64,000 nucleotides of DNA, from positions 96,001-160,000 of the forward strand of contig JBLWTJ010000002.1 in NCBI GenBank assembly GCA_048270185.1, written 5' to 3'. The DNA is from Bacteriovoracaceae bacterium. Lineage in GTDB: Bacteria; Bdellovibrionota; Bacteriovoracia; Bacteriovoracales; Bacteriovoracaceae. Of the stretch, positions 28,293 through 38,694 are shown one piece after another. Every line of letters starts with the position of its first letter. Position 1 is the stretch's first letter. The translations under genes and the position numbers were made by a program. Under the pieces are notes generated by a model. It saw only the letters and a list, made by a program, of their open reading frames with translations. It made no database searches and was not told where the DNA came from.

Positions 28293-29627
28293 CTATTTTA
28301 AGATATTTTCGACAATTTTGACGATTTTTTCAAAGTGATCATGTGAAAAACTATCCTGAATTTCAGCTAAAATAGCATTACTTTCCTCAAGATCGTAATT
28401 CTTTAGCTCAATTAGTCTCGAAAGTTCGTGAGCAACGATAAAGACGGCCGTTAGTGGCTTGATTTGCTTTGCATAGAGCCCGCGAGGAAAGCCTGATCCA
28501 TCAGGTCTTTCGTGGTGGTTAACTAGAATGGCGTGGATATTCTGGTCACTAATTCCCTCTTTCTCAAGAAGTTCAGCAACAAGTCGTCCATGTCCTAATA
28601 CTAAATTCTTATCATAGTCAGCAAGGTCAGCTTTTAGCACCCCTTCCTGATTCCAAATACGTGCTAAAGTTTCATTTTCAAGAAGTAGATCATGATAAAC
28701 AGCAGCGTGGATAATTGATTCAATATTATCTTTCTTTCCCCAGTCTAATTGCTTTAAGATCTCAACGGCCAAAAGGCTTGTGAGATAGCAATGATCATAG
28801 AGGTAATTAGTCATATTCTCTCTTTCTCTTAGAAGGTTTTTAAGTTTCACACTTCCTTGAGTAAGCTTCTTTAGATTTGAAACATAGCTGTCAACGACTG
28901 CTGAAGTACCTTCACTAATACCGTAGCGGCTAACAAGACGCTTAAGTGTCATGATTGATTTCTGGGCAACGTCTAAGTGTTCGGCCGGAGTCGAAGGCTC
29001 ATACTTCAGGAAAGAAACTTCACCTGCAGAGATAACATATTCTTCAATATCATCTTTATTAATATAGAGATAATTGATATCGCGATCGAGATAGCTTTCT
29101 ATTTGAGAGATGGTAAATGTATCTCCCCTATGAATAACTTTAACAAATTTTGAATCACTGAGTTTGACATAGGTATCACAAATCGCAAGGGTACCTCTTA
29201 AAAAGTACTCAGTATTTATTTTCTTATAAGCACTGCGAGACTGGACAAAAGTTGAAGTCCCACTAAGTTGAGTAATTACATTTTCAAAATTAACAAATGA
29301 GAATGGCTTTGGTAAGTGCTCACGCTTTAAGTGATAAGTTACATCGTCTTTAAAGTTAATAAATTCAGCTTCTGTAAAGGATGTGATAACAAGAGTTGGA
29401 ATATTTAAACCCCTACCATCCATAAAGTTAAAAATATCTTCTTTGCCATCACGAAAGTACTCTGTGATTATGATTTGATAATTACCAGAAGAGCTTAGCT
29501 TGGCCTTAAATTCTTTATAATTTGAAACGCGCGTAATCTTCACATCTTGAAATGTATTCTCGACACCTACGACATAGATATCACTTAATTCAAAATCTGG
29601 CTCGGCGATAAGGACCTGTAAACTCAT
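28293..29627 (-). CDS. HD-GYP domain protein with receiver-like N-terminus
   Basis: YHD...HHERPDGSGFPRG; N-terminal REC-like pattern lacking canonical Asp. Confidence 0.8.
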   Translation of the reverse strand: MSLQVLIAEPDFELSDIYVVGVENTFQDVKITRVSNYKEFKAKLSSSGNYQIIITEYFRDGKEDIFNFMDGRGLNIPTLVITSFTEAEFINFKDDVTYHLKREHLPKPFSFVNFENVITQLSGTSTFVQSRSAYKKINTEYFLRGTLAICDTYVKLSDSKFVKVIHRGDTFTISQIESYLDRDINYLYINKDDIEEYVISAGEVSFLKYEPSTPAEHLDVAQKSIMTLKRLVSRYGISEGTSAVVDSYVSNLKKLTQGSVKLKNLLRERENMTNYLYDHCYLTSLLAVEILKQLDWGKKDNIESIIHAAVYHDLLLENETLARIWNQEGVLKADLADYDKNLVLGHGRLVAELLEKEGISDQNIHAILVNHHERPDGSGFPRGLYAKQIKPLTAVFIVAHELSRLIELKNYDLEESNAILAEIQDSFSHDHFEKIVKIVENILK

Positions 29628-29679
29628 AGGAGATATTTTAGCACTCTCCTAAGTTTTTCCCTAGATGGAAGTATCTTCT

Positions 29680-30618
29680 TTATCTAATCCAATAAATAAC
29701 CATTAGAATATAACCTGCTAAAAATACTGCTCCCGATAAGCGATAAAATGACCTTTTAGCGAAAGAAATCACTAATAAGAACACTGCAGCAAATGACAGA
29801 GCAGACAACTCAGGAACAAAATTCTCGACAATTGGAACTTTATAGAAAACTAAACTTCCCAGAACAAAGGCAACGTTGAAAATATTAGATCCAATAATAT
29901 TTCCCGTAATAATATCTGAGTTCTTTCCTTTACGAACAGTCATAATGGCCGTCACAAGCTCTGGAAATGAAGTACCAAAGGCCACGAAAATAGCAGAGAT
30001 AACATAACTTGAAATACCAAAATTAAGAGCAAGGGCCGTTCCACTGGTAACAAGTAACTCCCCTCCTCCATAGAGTAGAGCAAAGCCAGCAAAGAGATGA
30101 ATGATATCCTTTGTACCTATTTTTTCATCTGTATGATGAGGATGTTCTTGATCACCTAAGTGGGCCCTTTGCTTCTTCATATCTCTAAAGGTATCCCATA
30201 GATAGAAGGCCATATACCCTAGTAATAGAGCACTTCCCCACCATTGAATTTCGTCTTGTAATAACACTAGCCACATAATGGCAGTTAAGAAGAAATGCAG
30301 AATCAGTTGCTTTTTTATATCGTGACCAACAAGAAAGAGTCTTCCCATCAGTCCCGATACACCGAGAATAAGAAAGAGGTTGGCGATATTGGAGCCCACA
30401 ATATTTCCTAGAGCAATACCTGGCTCTCCACGGTAGCTTGCCAGTTGAGAAACAAAGAATTCAGGAAGTGATGTCCCAAAACCAACAATGAGCAGCCCAA
30501 TAACAAGAGGCGATAGTCCGAGAACCAGACCAATTTTTTCAGCAGACTCTAGCGCAAACTCTGCTCCGTAATAAAGCATAACAATGGCAAGAATTAATAA
30601 CACAACTTGTAATATCAT
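29680..30618 (-). CDS. Ca2+/Na+ antiporter (YrbG family)
   Basis: Duplicated GTS(L/F)PE and GNI(V/I)GSNI motifs. Confidence 0.92.
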   Translation of the reverse strand: MILQVVLLILAIVMLYYGAEFALESAEKIGLVLGLSPLVIGLLIVGFGTSLPEFFVSQLASYRGEPGIALGNIVGSNIANLFLILGVSGLMGRLFLVGHDIKKQLILHFFLTAIMWLVLLQDEIQWWGSALLLGYMAFYLWDTFRDMKKQRAHLGDQEHPHHTDEKIGTKDIIHLFAGFALLYGGGELLVTSGTALALNFGISSYVISAIFVAFGTSFPELVTAIMTVRKGKNSDIITGNIIGSNIFNVAFVLGSLVFYKVPIVENFVPELSALSFAAVFLLVISFAKRSFYRLSGAVFLAGYILMVIYWIR

Positions 30619-30641
30619 AAAATTTTTCCAATAATTAATAT

Positions 30642-31133
30642 ATGTTTAATTCAAAAGATATTTATCCCAAGTTTAGCAAAAAGAAATTCAAAATTCTAAA
30701 CATTTCGTCGTGTCTCTTTGCTGATTCGTTAATCTCTTACTATATCTACATGATGTATGCCAGGCCTGAAGAATATAAGAAATTCTTTAAGGAAGTTTTA
30801 CCTATTTTGAAACAATTAGACCCTAATAGTGCACAAATTGCGGCGGATCCTATGTTTCGAGAGCAGCTTACATCAGTAATGGTTCAAACCGCCATTTCTC
30901 TAATCTGCTTCTATCTCATTGTGCACCTACTCATTTATGTAGCTCGAGTTTATGAAAAGGCCTTTGCTAATAGTTACATTAAATTCTATGCATGGTCGGC
31001 GGGAATTCTTATGACATTAACTGCACTGCTTAATTTAGGAAATGCCAGAATTGGAATCTTTATCATTCCAGGACTTCTTTTCTTATTTAATGCGTTTGGA
31101 TTTAAATACGTTAATCAAATGCAGGAAGAATAA
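30642..31133 (+). CDS. Hypothetical membrane protein
   Basis: Four hydrophobic segments. Confidence 0.6.
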   Translation: MFNSKDIYPKFSKKKFKILNISSCLFADSLISYYIYMMYARPEEYKKFFKEVLPILKQLDPNSAQIAADPMFREQLTSVMVQTAISLICFYLIVHLLIYVARVYEKAFANSYIKFYAWSAGILMTLTALLNLGNARIGIFIIPGLLFLFNAFGFKYVNQMQEE

Positions 31134-32067
31134 AATTAGTTAAATGGGGCTGCGTCCAATCAGGCATACTACGAGCTTTACCTTTGGCCTTTTGAAGTCC
31201 AGACACAGCAAGTAAGAATGAGTCGAAGGCCCTAACATTTTTTACAATCACTTCGAGATCGTGATCGTAAATAAAGATACCTAATTTATTTTCAATCTTC
31301 TTTACGATATCAAGTCTTGCTTCAATTCCTAAATCGAGATCACTAAGATTTGAAACATTCTTCTTTAGTAGAATTTTACTCTTTAATAACTCAATAAGAA
31401 TGAGGTTTACATGACCTTCATAGAAATTACATTCATTTGGAAAGTGTCTCTTCATATATGAAAAGCGTGAAAGCATCATAAGAGATGTATTTCCAAAGGA
31501 ATCGAAAGTTGAATTAAATATTTCGAGAAGTAGGTCGTGGTATGTACACCAAATCCAGAAATCAAGAGAACGATTCCAATATGGAATGAAACCCTTTTTC
31601 AGTCTTCTCTTAAAAGAGCGAGATAACATAAAATCCTGAGACTCTTTCTTAAAAGTATCACGATCAAAATGTGTCATTTCTTCAAAATTTCTCTTTCTTT
31701 CGTACTCTTTTGGATTCTCTCTTTCCATCTTACGATCGATCTCTAAGATGGAAGCGATATCTTCACGAACCTTAACCACGTCCCCTACAGGACACTTGGC
31801 CACACCGGGACACTTTAACTCACAATTATGGCAAGCAGGGCGCGAGAGGGGAAAATCCACAATAACATGTTCTAAATTATACTTATCAATCCATTGGTTG
31901 AGAGCATCGTCTCCATCTTGAATCTCCTCTTCATCTTTAACGTGAAGAATTGATTTAAGAAACCAGCGGCCACTTTCTTGGTGATGATCAAGTAGACAAA
32001 AGAAGAAGTTATCTCTTCGCCCACCCTTCATCGAAAGTCCGGCCACGCGATTGAAGCTTAAACTCAT
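31111..32067 (-). CDS. Hypothetical protein, possible DUF429/RNase H-like fold
   Basis: VIVDFPLS.P.C..C..C and FDS.L.A motifs reminiscent of DUF429. Confidence 0.5.
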   Translation of the reverse strand: MSLSFNRVAGLSMKGGRRDNFFFCLLDHHQESGRWFLKSILHVKDEEEIQDGDDALNQWIDKYNLEHVIVDFPLSRPACHNCELKCPGVAKCPVGDVVKVREDIASILEIDRKMERENPKEYERKRNFEEMTHFDRDTFKKESQDFMLSRSFKRRLKKGFIPYWNRSLDFWIWCTYHDLLLEIFNSTFDSFGNTSLMMLSRFSYMKRHFPNECNFYEGHVNLILIELLKSKILLKKNVSNLSDLDLGIEARLDIVKKIENKLGIFIYDHDLEVIVKNVRAFDSFLLAVSGLQKAKGKARSMPDWTQPHLTNFILPAFD

Positions 32068-33083
32068 AATGGCGGCTCAACAATGAAGTCAAGAACTTGC
32101 ATTTTTGTTTTTGCTATTTCTTTTAAGACCTCTGCTCTGTGATGAGGAGGGTGAGCAATAATAAAGCATCCACCACCACCGGCACCACAAATTTTCATTC
32201 CCATCACAAGTTCTTTTTCTTGAAGTTTGTTAAAGATTGCACGCATATCATCTGTCACAATATTGGCAAAGAGATTCTCGCGAGCAATCCCCTCTTTACA
32301 AAGAAGACTTAGAAAATCATCGTACTCACCGGCCTTAATTGCACTATAAGCGGAGAAAGAAAGATCGCGAATTTTAGATAATCCTTCACGAACACCATTT
32401 GTACAATCAAAGAAGTCTTTATAAACTTGCCAATTATTTATGGCCGAAAGACGAAGCTGTCCTGAGTAAACCAGAGTGATATGGGATTCAATAAAACTTT
32501 TGAACTCAGGTGTAAATAATTGCTCAACTTCAATTCCGCTATTTACAGCTTTTAATGCAAGCACTCCCCCATAAAGAGCTGGGTGATAATCTTGATAGCC
32601 ACATGGGCCTTTATTTAAGATTTTTGCTTCAATATTTTGAACCGTCTCAATGGCCTTAGTGCGATCAAACTCACTTCCCGTGAAATCACAAAGCGCTTTG
32701 AAAACTGTAACCCCCATTGAAGATGAACCACCAAGCCCTGCCCCGGGAGGCGATCCCGATTCAGTAGTTAATCTAATTCCACTTGTTAAGTTGAAGTGGT
32801 GAAGAATTTGGGCAAGAAATGACAATGGGCCAAATGTTTCACCATCAAAATCATCATAAGTGAAATCAACACTTGAAAAACGAGTTGTCGAATCATAGTC
32901 AACAGAAACAAATTCAACACCTTCAAATTCAATCTCTTCCACCACAACTTTAGCTTTTAAAGAAGTTGCAAGATTTAGTGTAATGGTATTTCTTAGGACT
33001 TGGTTAATAGGAACAATATCAAGAGTTCCGCCGAGTAGGTCTACTCGTACCGAGCCTTCAGCTGTGCTAAACTTATTAGGCAT
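32064..33083 (-). CDS. GHMP-family sugar kinase (HddA-like)
   Basis: RVDL.GGTLD, PPGAGLGGSS, G.QD, K.CGAGGGG; start moved to MPNKF. Confidence 0.85.
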   Translation of the reverse strand: MPNKFSTAEGSVRVDLLGGTLDIVPINQVLRNTITLNLATSLKAKVVVEEIEFEGVEFVSVDYDSTTRFSSVDFTYDDFDGETFGPLSFLAQILHHFNLTSGIRLTTESGSPPGAGLGGSSSMGVTVFKALCDFTGSEFDRTKAIETVQNIEAKILNKGPCGYQDYHPALYGGVLALKAVNSGIEVEQLFTPEFKSFIESHITLVYSGQLRLSAINNWQVYKDFFDCTNGVREGLSKIRDLSFSAYSAIKAGEYDDFLSLLCKEGIARENLFANIVTDDMRAIFNKLQEKELVMGMKICGAGGGGCFIIAHPPHHRAEVLKEIAKTKMQVLDFIVEPPL

Positions 33084-33588
33084 TATAAATTCCAATATAC
33101 GGCAGTTCACGGTAGCGACCATCATAGTCAAGGCCGTAACCGATTACAAATTTATCTTCAATTTCAAAACCAAGGTAATCAATCTTTACAGGATGCTCTG
33201 TCTTAACAGACTTATGCAAAAGAGAAGCAAGCTTGATCGACTTAGGTTCTCTTTCTTGTAGAAGCTTTGTAAGCTCACTTATTGTCAGCCCTGTATCAAC
33301 GATGTCCTCAACAAGAACAACATTCTTACCTTTGATATCAACTTTAATATCTTTTGTGATCGAAACCTTTCCAGTACTTTCTGTGCCTTTATAAGAGCTC
33401 GCTCCAATAAAGTCGAAGTAGACAGGTGATTTCATCTCGCGAATAAGATCCGCAACAAAAACGAAGGCACCATTTAAAACTCCCACAACGACAACTTCCT
33501 CTCCTTTGAAATCAGAGTCAATTTGAGCTGCTAACTCTTTATTGCGTTGATTAATTTTCTCTTGTGAAATGTAAGTTTCAATGGCCAT
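33076..33588 (-). CDS. hpt: Hypoxanthine phosphoribosyltransferase
   Basis: VLVEDIVDTGLT, FVIGYGLDY...YR.LPYI. Confidence 0.95.
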   Translation of the reverse strand: MAIETYISQEKINQRNKELAAQIDSDFKGEEVVVVGVLNGAFVFVADLIREMKSPVYFDFIGASSYKGTESTGKVSITKDIKVDIKGKNVVLVEDIVDTGLTISELTKLLQEREPKSIKLASLLHKSVKTEHPVKIDYLGFEIEDKFVIGYGLDYDGRYRELPYIGIYNA

Positions 33589-33598
33589 GACTTATTTC

Positions 33599-34405
33599 CT
33601 ATACAAATGAATTATTTAAAATTTCACCGACTCCGCCGGCACTAGGTACAATATATTGCTTATCCGTTAAACCAACTTCTTCATCCCACAAAGTCCCTGG
33701 AGCTGTCTTTAAAACATGTTCAGGAGAGAGTCCACGATCAAGTCTTAGAGCGTAGATCTCAACATCAGGATGATCCGTTTGCATTCTTTTAATATACTCA
33801 GGTGTCACGATAAGATTAAGTGAAATATACTTAAGAGCTCTTCCTTCAACCTTGTCTTTGTAGTGTCCAACAGCAAATGACATTGAACCACCAGTCGCCC
33901 CCATTGGATCAGGAAAGAGAACAATGGCACTTTCTTGTCCGCCACCAATTTTCGATCCTGATACGTCAACACCAATGACATGTTCATTTTCATCAACCTT
34001 GCGCTGAACATAGAAGTGATCTTGGCGAATGAGCTCAGGATTTAGAAAGTAATTTAAGTTCTCAAAACAAACGTGACTTGGAAATGTCCCAGCACGAGCA
34101 AGATCAACACAAAGAACAGGCTGCTCATTCTTGATAACTTCTTGTTTGAAAATCGCTTTATCCGTAAGAGCGGCCATGCGTGAGCGTACTTCAATCTCTT
34201 CTTTTGGAAATGAGTTCCCTAAGACTGATTCAAGAAGAATAAAATATAATTTTTGAATTAAGTGGTTTAGCTCCGGCTGAATGACGCCTTCGCTTGAGAA
34301 GCGAGCAAGTAAACTCTGCGCTAATGGATTGGAGAGAATGTAAACATTCTCCCCATATTTATGCTCAATTTGACTAATTTTATACTGATTAGATTGTGCT
34401 TTCAT
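33599..34405 (-). CDS. upp: Uracil phosphoribosyltransferase
   Basis: LARAG, DPMGATGGS, YIVP..G..G. Confidence 0.8.
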   Translation of the reverse strand: MKAQSNQYKISQIEHKYGENVYILSNPLAQSLLARFSSEGVIQPELNHLIQKLYFILLESVLGNSFPKEEIEVRSRMAALTDKAIFKQEVIKNEQPVLCVDLARAGTFPSHVCFENLNYFLNPELIRQDHFYVQRKVDENEHVIGVDVSGSKIGGGQESAIVLFPDPMGATGGSMSFAVGHYKDKVEGRALKYISLNLIVTPEYIKRMQTDHPDVEIYALRLDRGLSPEHVLKTAPGTLWDEEVGLTDKQYIVPSAGGVGEILNNSFV

Positions 34406-35051
34406 TGTTCAATTTCACCTCGCCCTTAGAGTTTACCTCTTTTAGACCTCCAAGTGAAATTGAAAATGCCTTAACATCTTGATCTTCTTCGTAGTAGTCG
34501 TAATGTGCACGACATCTTGCTTCATAGAGATCAGACTCACCAACTAGTACTGTATTCTTATTGTCGCTTGGCAGACGATAAGTCTTTGGCGCCGGTGCTC
34601 CACAAACAGTACAAATCGCTTGAATCTTCATCACATCATCAGCAATGCAAAGAAGTTCTGGCATTGGACCAAATGGCTTTGATTTAAAGTCTTGATCAAG
34701 ACCTGCACAGATCACGCGGATTCCACGACGTGCAAGCTTTGATACAACTTTGATAATCGTCTCATCAAAGAATTGAACTTCATCGATGGCAACGATACGA
34801 GTTGAATCATAAACTTTTTGTAAAATTTCGACAGCATCCCTTACTGGCTCTGCCTCGACATGTCTTGATGAGTGGCTAACAACATTTGTCTTGTGATAGC
34901 GATCATCGATAACTGGCTTGAAAATTTGTACCTTTTGGCGTGCAATTTGAGCTCTTGTAACTCTTCTAATTAACTCTTCTGTTTTACCAGAAAACATTGG
35001 GCCGCATACGACTTCAATACCACCAGTTGCGTGTGCGTGACTTGCGTACAT
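34389..35051 (-). CDS. tdk: Thymidine kinase
   Basis: GPMFSGKTEELIRR, IDEVQFF, AGLD.DF, C..C...YEARCR. Confidence 0.96.
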   Translation of the reverse strand: MYASHAHATGGIEVVCGPMFSGKTEELIRRVTRAQIARQKVQIFKPVIDDRYHKTNVVSHSSRHVEAEPVRDAVEILQKVYDSTRIVAIDEVQFFDETIIKVVSKLARRGIRVICAGLDQDFKSKPFGPMPELLCIADDVMKIQAICTVCGAPAPKTYRLPSDNKNTVLVGESDLYEARCRAHYDYYEEDQDVKAFSISLGGLKEVNSKGEVKLNNESTI

Positions 35052-35170
35052 TGACTTAAACTCCTCTTAATGTCAGATTTTTTTGTGTTGTGTCTCTAAT
35101 ATACTATTATGACGGCCGTGAGATTTATAGGCCACTTACATCTTCTATCAAAATGAGTAATGCACAAAGA

Positions 35171-35842
35171 CTAAATGAAACTTATTAGTAAAGTGATGTA
35201 CATAATCATCACTAAGAAAAGTCCCATAATGAGTAATAGTGGTGATACGAGAATAAAGAAGCTCTGCACAAATGAAAAACGCAGATTATAACGCAGACCA
35301 AAGTACAAGTAGATCACTTGCGAGATAAATTTAAGAAACTCACCAAAAATTGGAATAATTAAGAAGAAGTTCCCAACAAGGGCCGCGGCAATGGCATCTT
35401 CAAGTTCGATTCCTTCAATATCCTTATCAAAGAGCCCCGCAAATAGATTGATAATCACGCGCCAAAATTTAACAAAGACCCACGCAGATAATGGGAAGAA
35501 GACGACCTTAAAGAGAGTCGAGAATAAGAATAGTTTTTGCTGAAATTCATTTGAAGAAAAGATTGCTGGCAGATAACCTTCTTCGGCCATCCTTCCCGCA
35601 AGAGCAATTCCAACATGAATTTGTAGAAGTGAGTAAAGGCCATAAATAAAGACAAATGGCCAAGAAGCAAGTGTAAAGTCCGTAAACTTTAAGTGTAGTC
35701 CTCTTTCTTTTTCGTCTTTTACAATTTCAAAGAGTCTGGCCTCTTTGATCTTTTCAATCTCCTCTCTGTGATCTGCAATATTTGAGTTCACAAGTTTTGG
35801 GTAGAGAAGAAATTTAATGTATTGATGGTATAAATTAATCAC
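35171..35842 (-). CDS. Hypothetical membrane protein (Yip1-like topology)
   Basis: About five TM segments. Confidence 0.55.
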   Translation of the reverse strand: MINLYHQYIKFLLYPKLVNSNIADHREEIEKIKEARLFEIVKDEKERGLHLKFTDFTLASWPFVFIYGLYSLLQIHVGIALAGRMAEEGYLPAIFSSNEFQQKLFLFSTLFKVVFFPLSAWVFVKFWRVIINLFAGLFDKDIEGIELEDAIAAALVGNFFLIIPIFGEFLKFISQVIYLYFGLRYNLRFSFVQSFFILVSPLLLIMGLFLVMIMYITLLISFI

Positions 35843-35889
35843 GCTCTTATTTTAATTGAAGTTGGCAGAAAATAAAACCAGACAATACA

Positions 35890-36438
35890 CTACTTTTTAA
35901 GTTCGGTATAAAAGAATGACTTCGGCGTTCTTAAGACTTCCCTAAATTTAAGGTAAGGTATATTTGAACGGTAGCGATCTTTATCGCCAGCATCAGCAGG
36001 AAAGGCCGTTTCAAAACGAGCAATCATCCATGTTGTCTCTTTTCCATCCACTACACTTAGGTAGAAACTTTGAGCAAGGCTTATTTTCTTACCAACCTTA
36101 AAGCTAACTTCGTGACCATCAGAAAAGATGAATGTGGCAACTTCTGCGCCTTCTTCAGACAATAGATCTTCTTTGACCTCTTCTGTTTTTAGAATTCGAT
36201 CAACCTTTAGCTTCTGTAATTCCTCATAGAAGAGATCGAGATTTTCAGTAATGGCCGTGTTGGCATCTACTTCTTCCCCTGCAATTCTAATTTTTGTAAC
36301 CTTTCCATAACGACTTAAGTTTAAAGCATCTCTTCTTTGTTGAATCTCAAAAACTTCCTTTTGCTCACCTTTTTCCACAATGAAGTAGGCCGCAGTGATT
36401 GAAAGAATAAGTGCAACAAAAAGATAACGATTCTTCAT
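35890..36438 (-). CDS. DUF4340-like membrane-anchored protein
   Basis: N-terminal TM; position after a GldG-like gene. Confidence 0.55.
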   Translation of the reverse strand: MKNRYLFVALILSITAAYFIVEKGEQKEVFEIQQRRDALNLSRYGKVTKIRIAGEEVDANTAITENLDLFYEELQKLKVDRILKTEEVKEDLLSEEGAEVATFIFSDGHEVSFKVGKKISLAQSFYLSVVDGKETTWMIARFETAFPADAGDKDRYRSNIPYLKFREVLRTPKSFFYTELKK

Positions 36439-37943
36439 TAGGCGCTAAACTTCCTTCTTTGAAATAAAACCAAAGCAATAACTAAGTAAATTAGCGGTAG
36501 GATAACAAGAGAAAAGTAGAAGATTCCTTTCTTTTCAATATCTGAAATAAGAATTGGAATTTCTTTAAAGACAACTGAATTAAGTGATGTTAACTGTCCT
36601 TGTCCTGTTACCCAGTGAAAGAGATTTGAAGTATATTTAAAATTCGATTGGTAGCTAAAGAATTTATTTGAAATAAATGATGAATTACCAATAACCACAA
36701 TAGCAGGTGCGCCATCTCTCGTTAAGGCCGCGGCCATATCAAGAGGGCCTTCAATATCATTACTATCTTTCTTAATCTCATCAGCAATAATCGAGATGAG
36801 ATTGGCCTCTCCCCAACTTTCAGGTGTTGTTGAAGCAAGAGCATGATAACTATCACTATCGGCCACAGGCGAAATAGTATTTGTCAGTGGAAAGAAAACT
36901 CTTTCTTGGAAACCTTCATTAATACCAAGCTTATCAAAGCGAGAAATAATAGGTGCCGTCCCCTTTGACGACTCGAGTCCGTTTACAGGATCAATCACAA
37001 CATTATTATGAATGACAAGGCCTTGTTCTTTAAAGAATGCTTTAAGATTATTTAGTCCTTCCCCTTTAAAATTTGGATAGAAACTTGCAAAAATTCTTCC
37101 ACCATTTGAATAGTAATTCTTAAGCTTTGATATCTGCTCTGGAGCAAAGTCATTTATTGGCTCAATAATAGCAAAGGCACTACAACTTACAGGGATCTCA
37201 CTTGCCTTTAATAGATCCACAACATTTAGCTTATAGGCCGATTGCTTTAATACATGAAGAAGGCCCGTAAAGCCATTATCACTACTATCTTGGAATTTAG
37301 CATTGTAATTAAAACAAATAACTGGATCCTCTTTGCGCTCAAGTCGAATGAGTCCATTTGTAATCCCAAGCTCTAGAATCTTTGAAACGATGACATTCTT
37401 TCTTTCATTATTCTGATCAATGCGACTAAGAACAATCGAAGGTGAAACTGTTACACCATACTGCGCGATCATATCTGGTCTTAATTCTGGATCATAGTAC
37501 GAAGTGACAATTTGCGGATTGATATTCTTATAAAGCTCTAAAAGAGAAAGAATTGCATCTTTGTTGGCCTGATTAGAAAAGACAATCATCTCGACTTTAT
37601 CATCAATATTCTTAACTGTTTTTTCAGTTAATGCCGATAACGTATTCAACTGTCTCTTACTAAGATCCCAAACTGCAGGCTTTTTAAAGAGAATGAAGTT
37701 AAGAACTCCAAGAATACAAAATAATAAAAAGAAAGAAGTGAAATTCGATAAGAGATTCTTTCCAAAAGTCGACTTCGTGAAATCCTTAATACTTTGCAAA
37801 TTAAAGTAGAAACTTAAAACCGTAAATAACAGAGCAATAATAAACATCGTACCAACAAGAAACATATGCTCTGGAATAATTAAAAATAAGAAACAAGCAA
37901 TTAAATATGAGATGGCACAAAGGCTAACTGAAATTTTTTTCAC
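36438..37943 (-). CDS. GldG-like ABC transporter auxiliary component
   Basis: WDLS.....TLS..T, LL..Y, GGRI, G.S.F.SN patterns; N- and C-terminal TMs. Confidence 0.8.
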   Translation of the reverse strand: MKKISVSLCAISYLIACFLFLIIPEHMFLVGTMFIIALLFTVLSFYFNLQSIKDFTKSTFGKNLLSNFTSFFLLFCILGVLNFILFKKPAVWDLSKRQLNTLSALTEKTVKNIDDKVEMIVFSNQANKDAILSLLELYKNINPQIVTSYYDPELRPDMIAQYGVTVSPSIVLSRIDQNNERKNVIVSKILELGITNGLIRLERKEDPVICFNYNAKFQDSSDNGFTGLLHVLKQSAYKLNVVDLLKASEIPVSCSAFAIIEPINDFAPEQISKLKNYYSNGGRIFASFYPNFKGEGLNNLKAFFKEQGLVIHNNVVIDPVNGLESSKGTAPIISRFDKLGINEGFQERVFFPLTNTISPVADSDSYHALASTTPESWGEANLISIIADEIKKDSNDIEGPLDMAAALTRDGAPAIVVIGNSSFISNKFFSYQSNFKYTSNLFHWVTGQGQLTSLNSVVFKEIPILISDIEKKGIFYFSLVILPLIYLVIALVLFQRRKFSA

Positions 37944-38692
37944 TTTCTCACCCCCATATTTCTTATGCCAATAAAACTAAAGAATGTAATAAACGAGATA
38001 AGATAGGCCATATCAAAACTTGTCACGGCCCCTCGAGAAAAATAAAAAATATGAGAGCTAAAACTAAAGTACCTCATCATGGCCCCAACAAGTGGGTTCT
38101 CAATCATATTTGAACTTGCGTATACAATGAGAAATGAGAAAAGTGCACCAAAGGCCAAGATAATTGATGCAATATATGAACGACTAAGCAGAGAAGCATT
38201 AATTCCAATTAAGATGTAGCACATCCCTAGTCCGTAAATACCTAGCATATTGGTAAATAAGATAGCAAAGTCATTAAATCCTTTTGGAGCTAAGAAAAGA
38301 GGAATAATAAAAACAGGAAGCGTAATAAAGATAAGCTTCGTTGTTGCTCCTAAGTACTTTGCAAAGAAAATTGATTCATTACTCAAATTAGAAAGCTTAA
38401 GTAGTGAGAAAGTATTCTCTCTCTTTTCTTTCACGAAGACGCTCATCGTGAGCATTGGAGCAAAGAAGAGAAGAATAAAATTCAGAGCTGAAAATGTTGG
38501 TGAAATTACATGATCCACAATTGTCTTATTTGTTAACTGTGGAGCCATTTGTAAATTATTATAGAAAATAGCCGACATAATGAAATTTGAAATAGCAGCA
38601 AAGATATAGATAATTGGAGAAGAGAAACTCTCTCTAATCTCTTTCTTATACACGATACTTATTCCGTTTAGTAATGGTATTTTCTTTTTCAT
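37940..38692 (-). CDS. GldF-like ABC-2 permease
   Basis: KKE....F.SP..Y, P.LTM....EKR..T..LL. Confidence 0.85.
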   Translation of the reverse strand: MKKKIPLLNGISIVYKKEIRESFSSPIIYIFAAISNFIMSAIFYNNLQMAPQLTNKTIVDHVISPTFSALNFILLFFAPMLTMSVFVKEKRENTFSLLKLSNLSNESIFFAKYLGATTKLIFITLPVFIIPLFLAPKGFNDFAILFTNMLGIYGLGMCYILIGINASLLSRSYIASIILAFGALFSFLIVYASSNMIENPLVGAMMRYFSFSSHIFYFSRGAVTSFDMAYLISFITFFSFIGIRNMGVRK

Positions 38693-38694
38693 AT

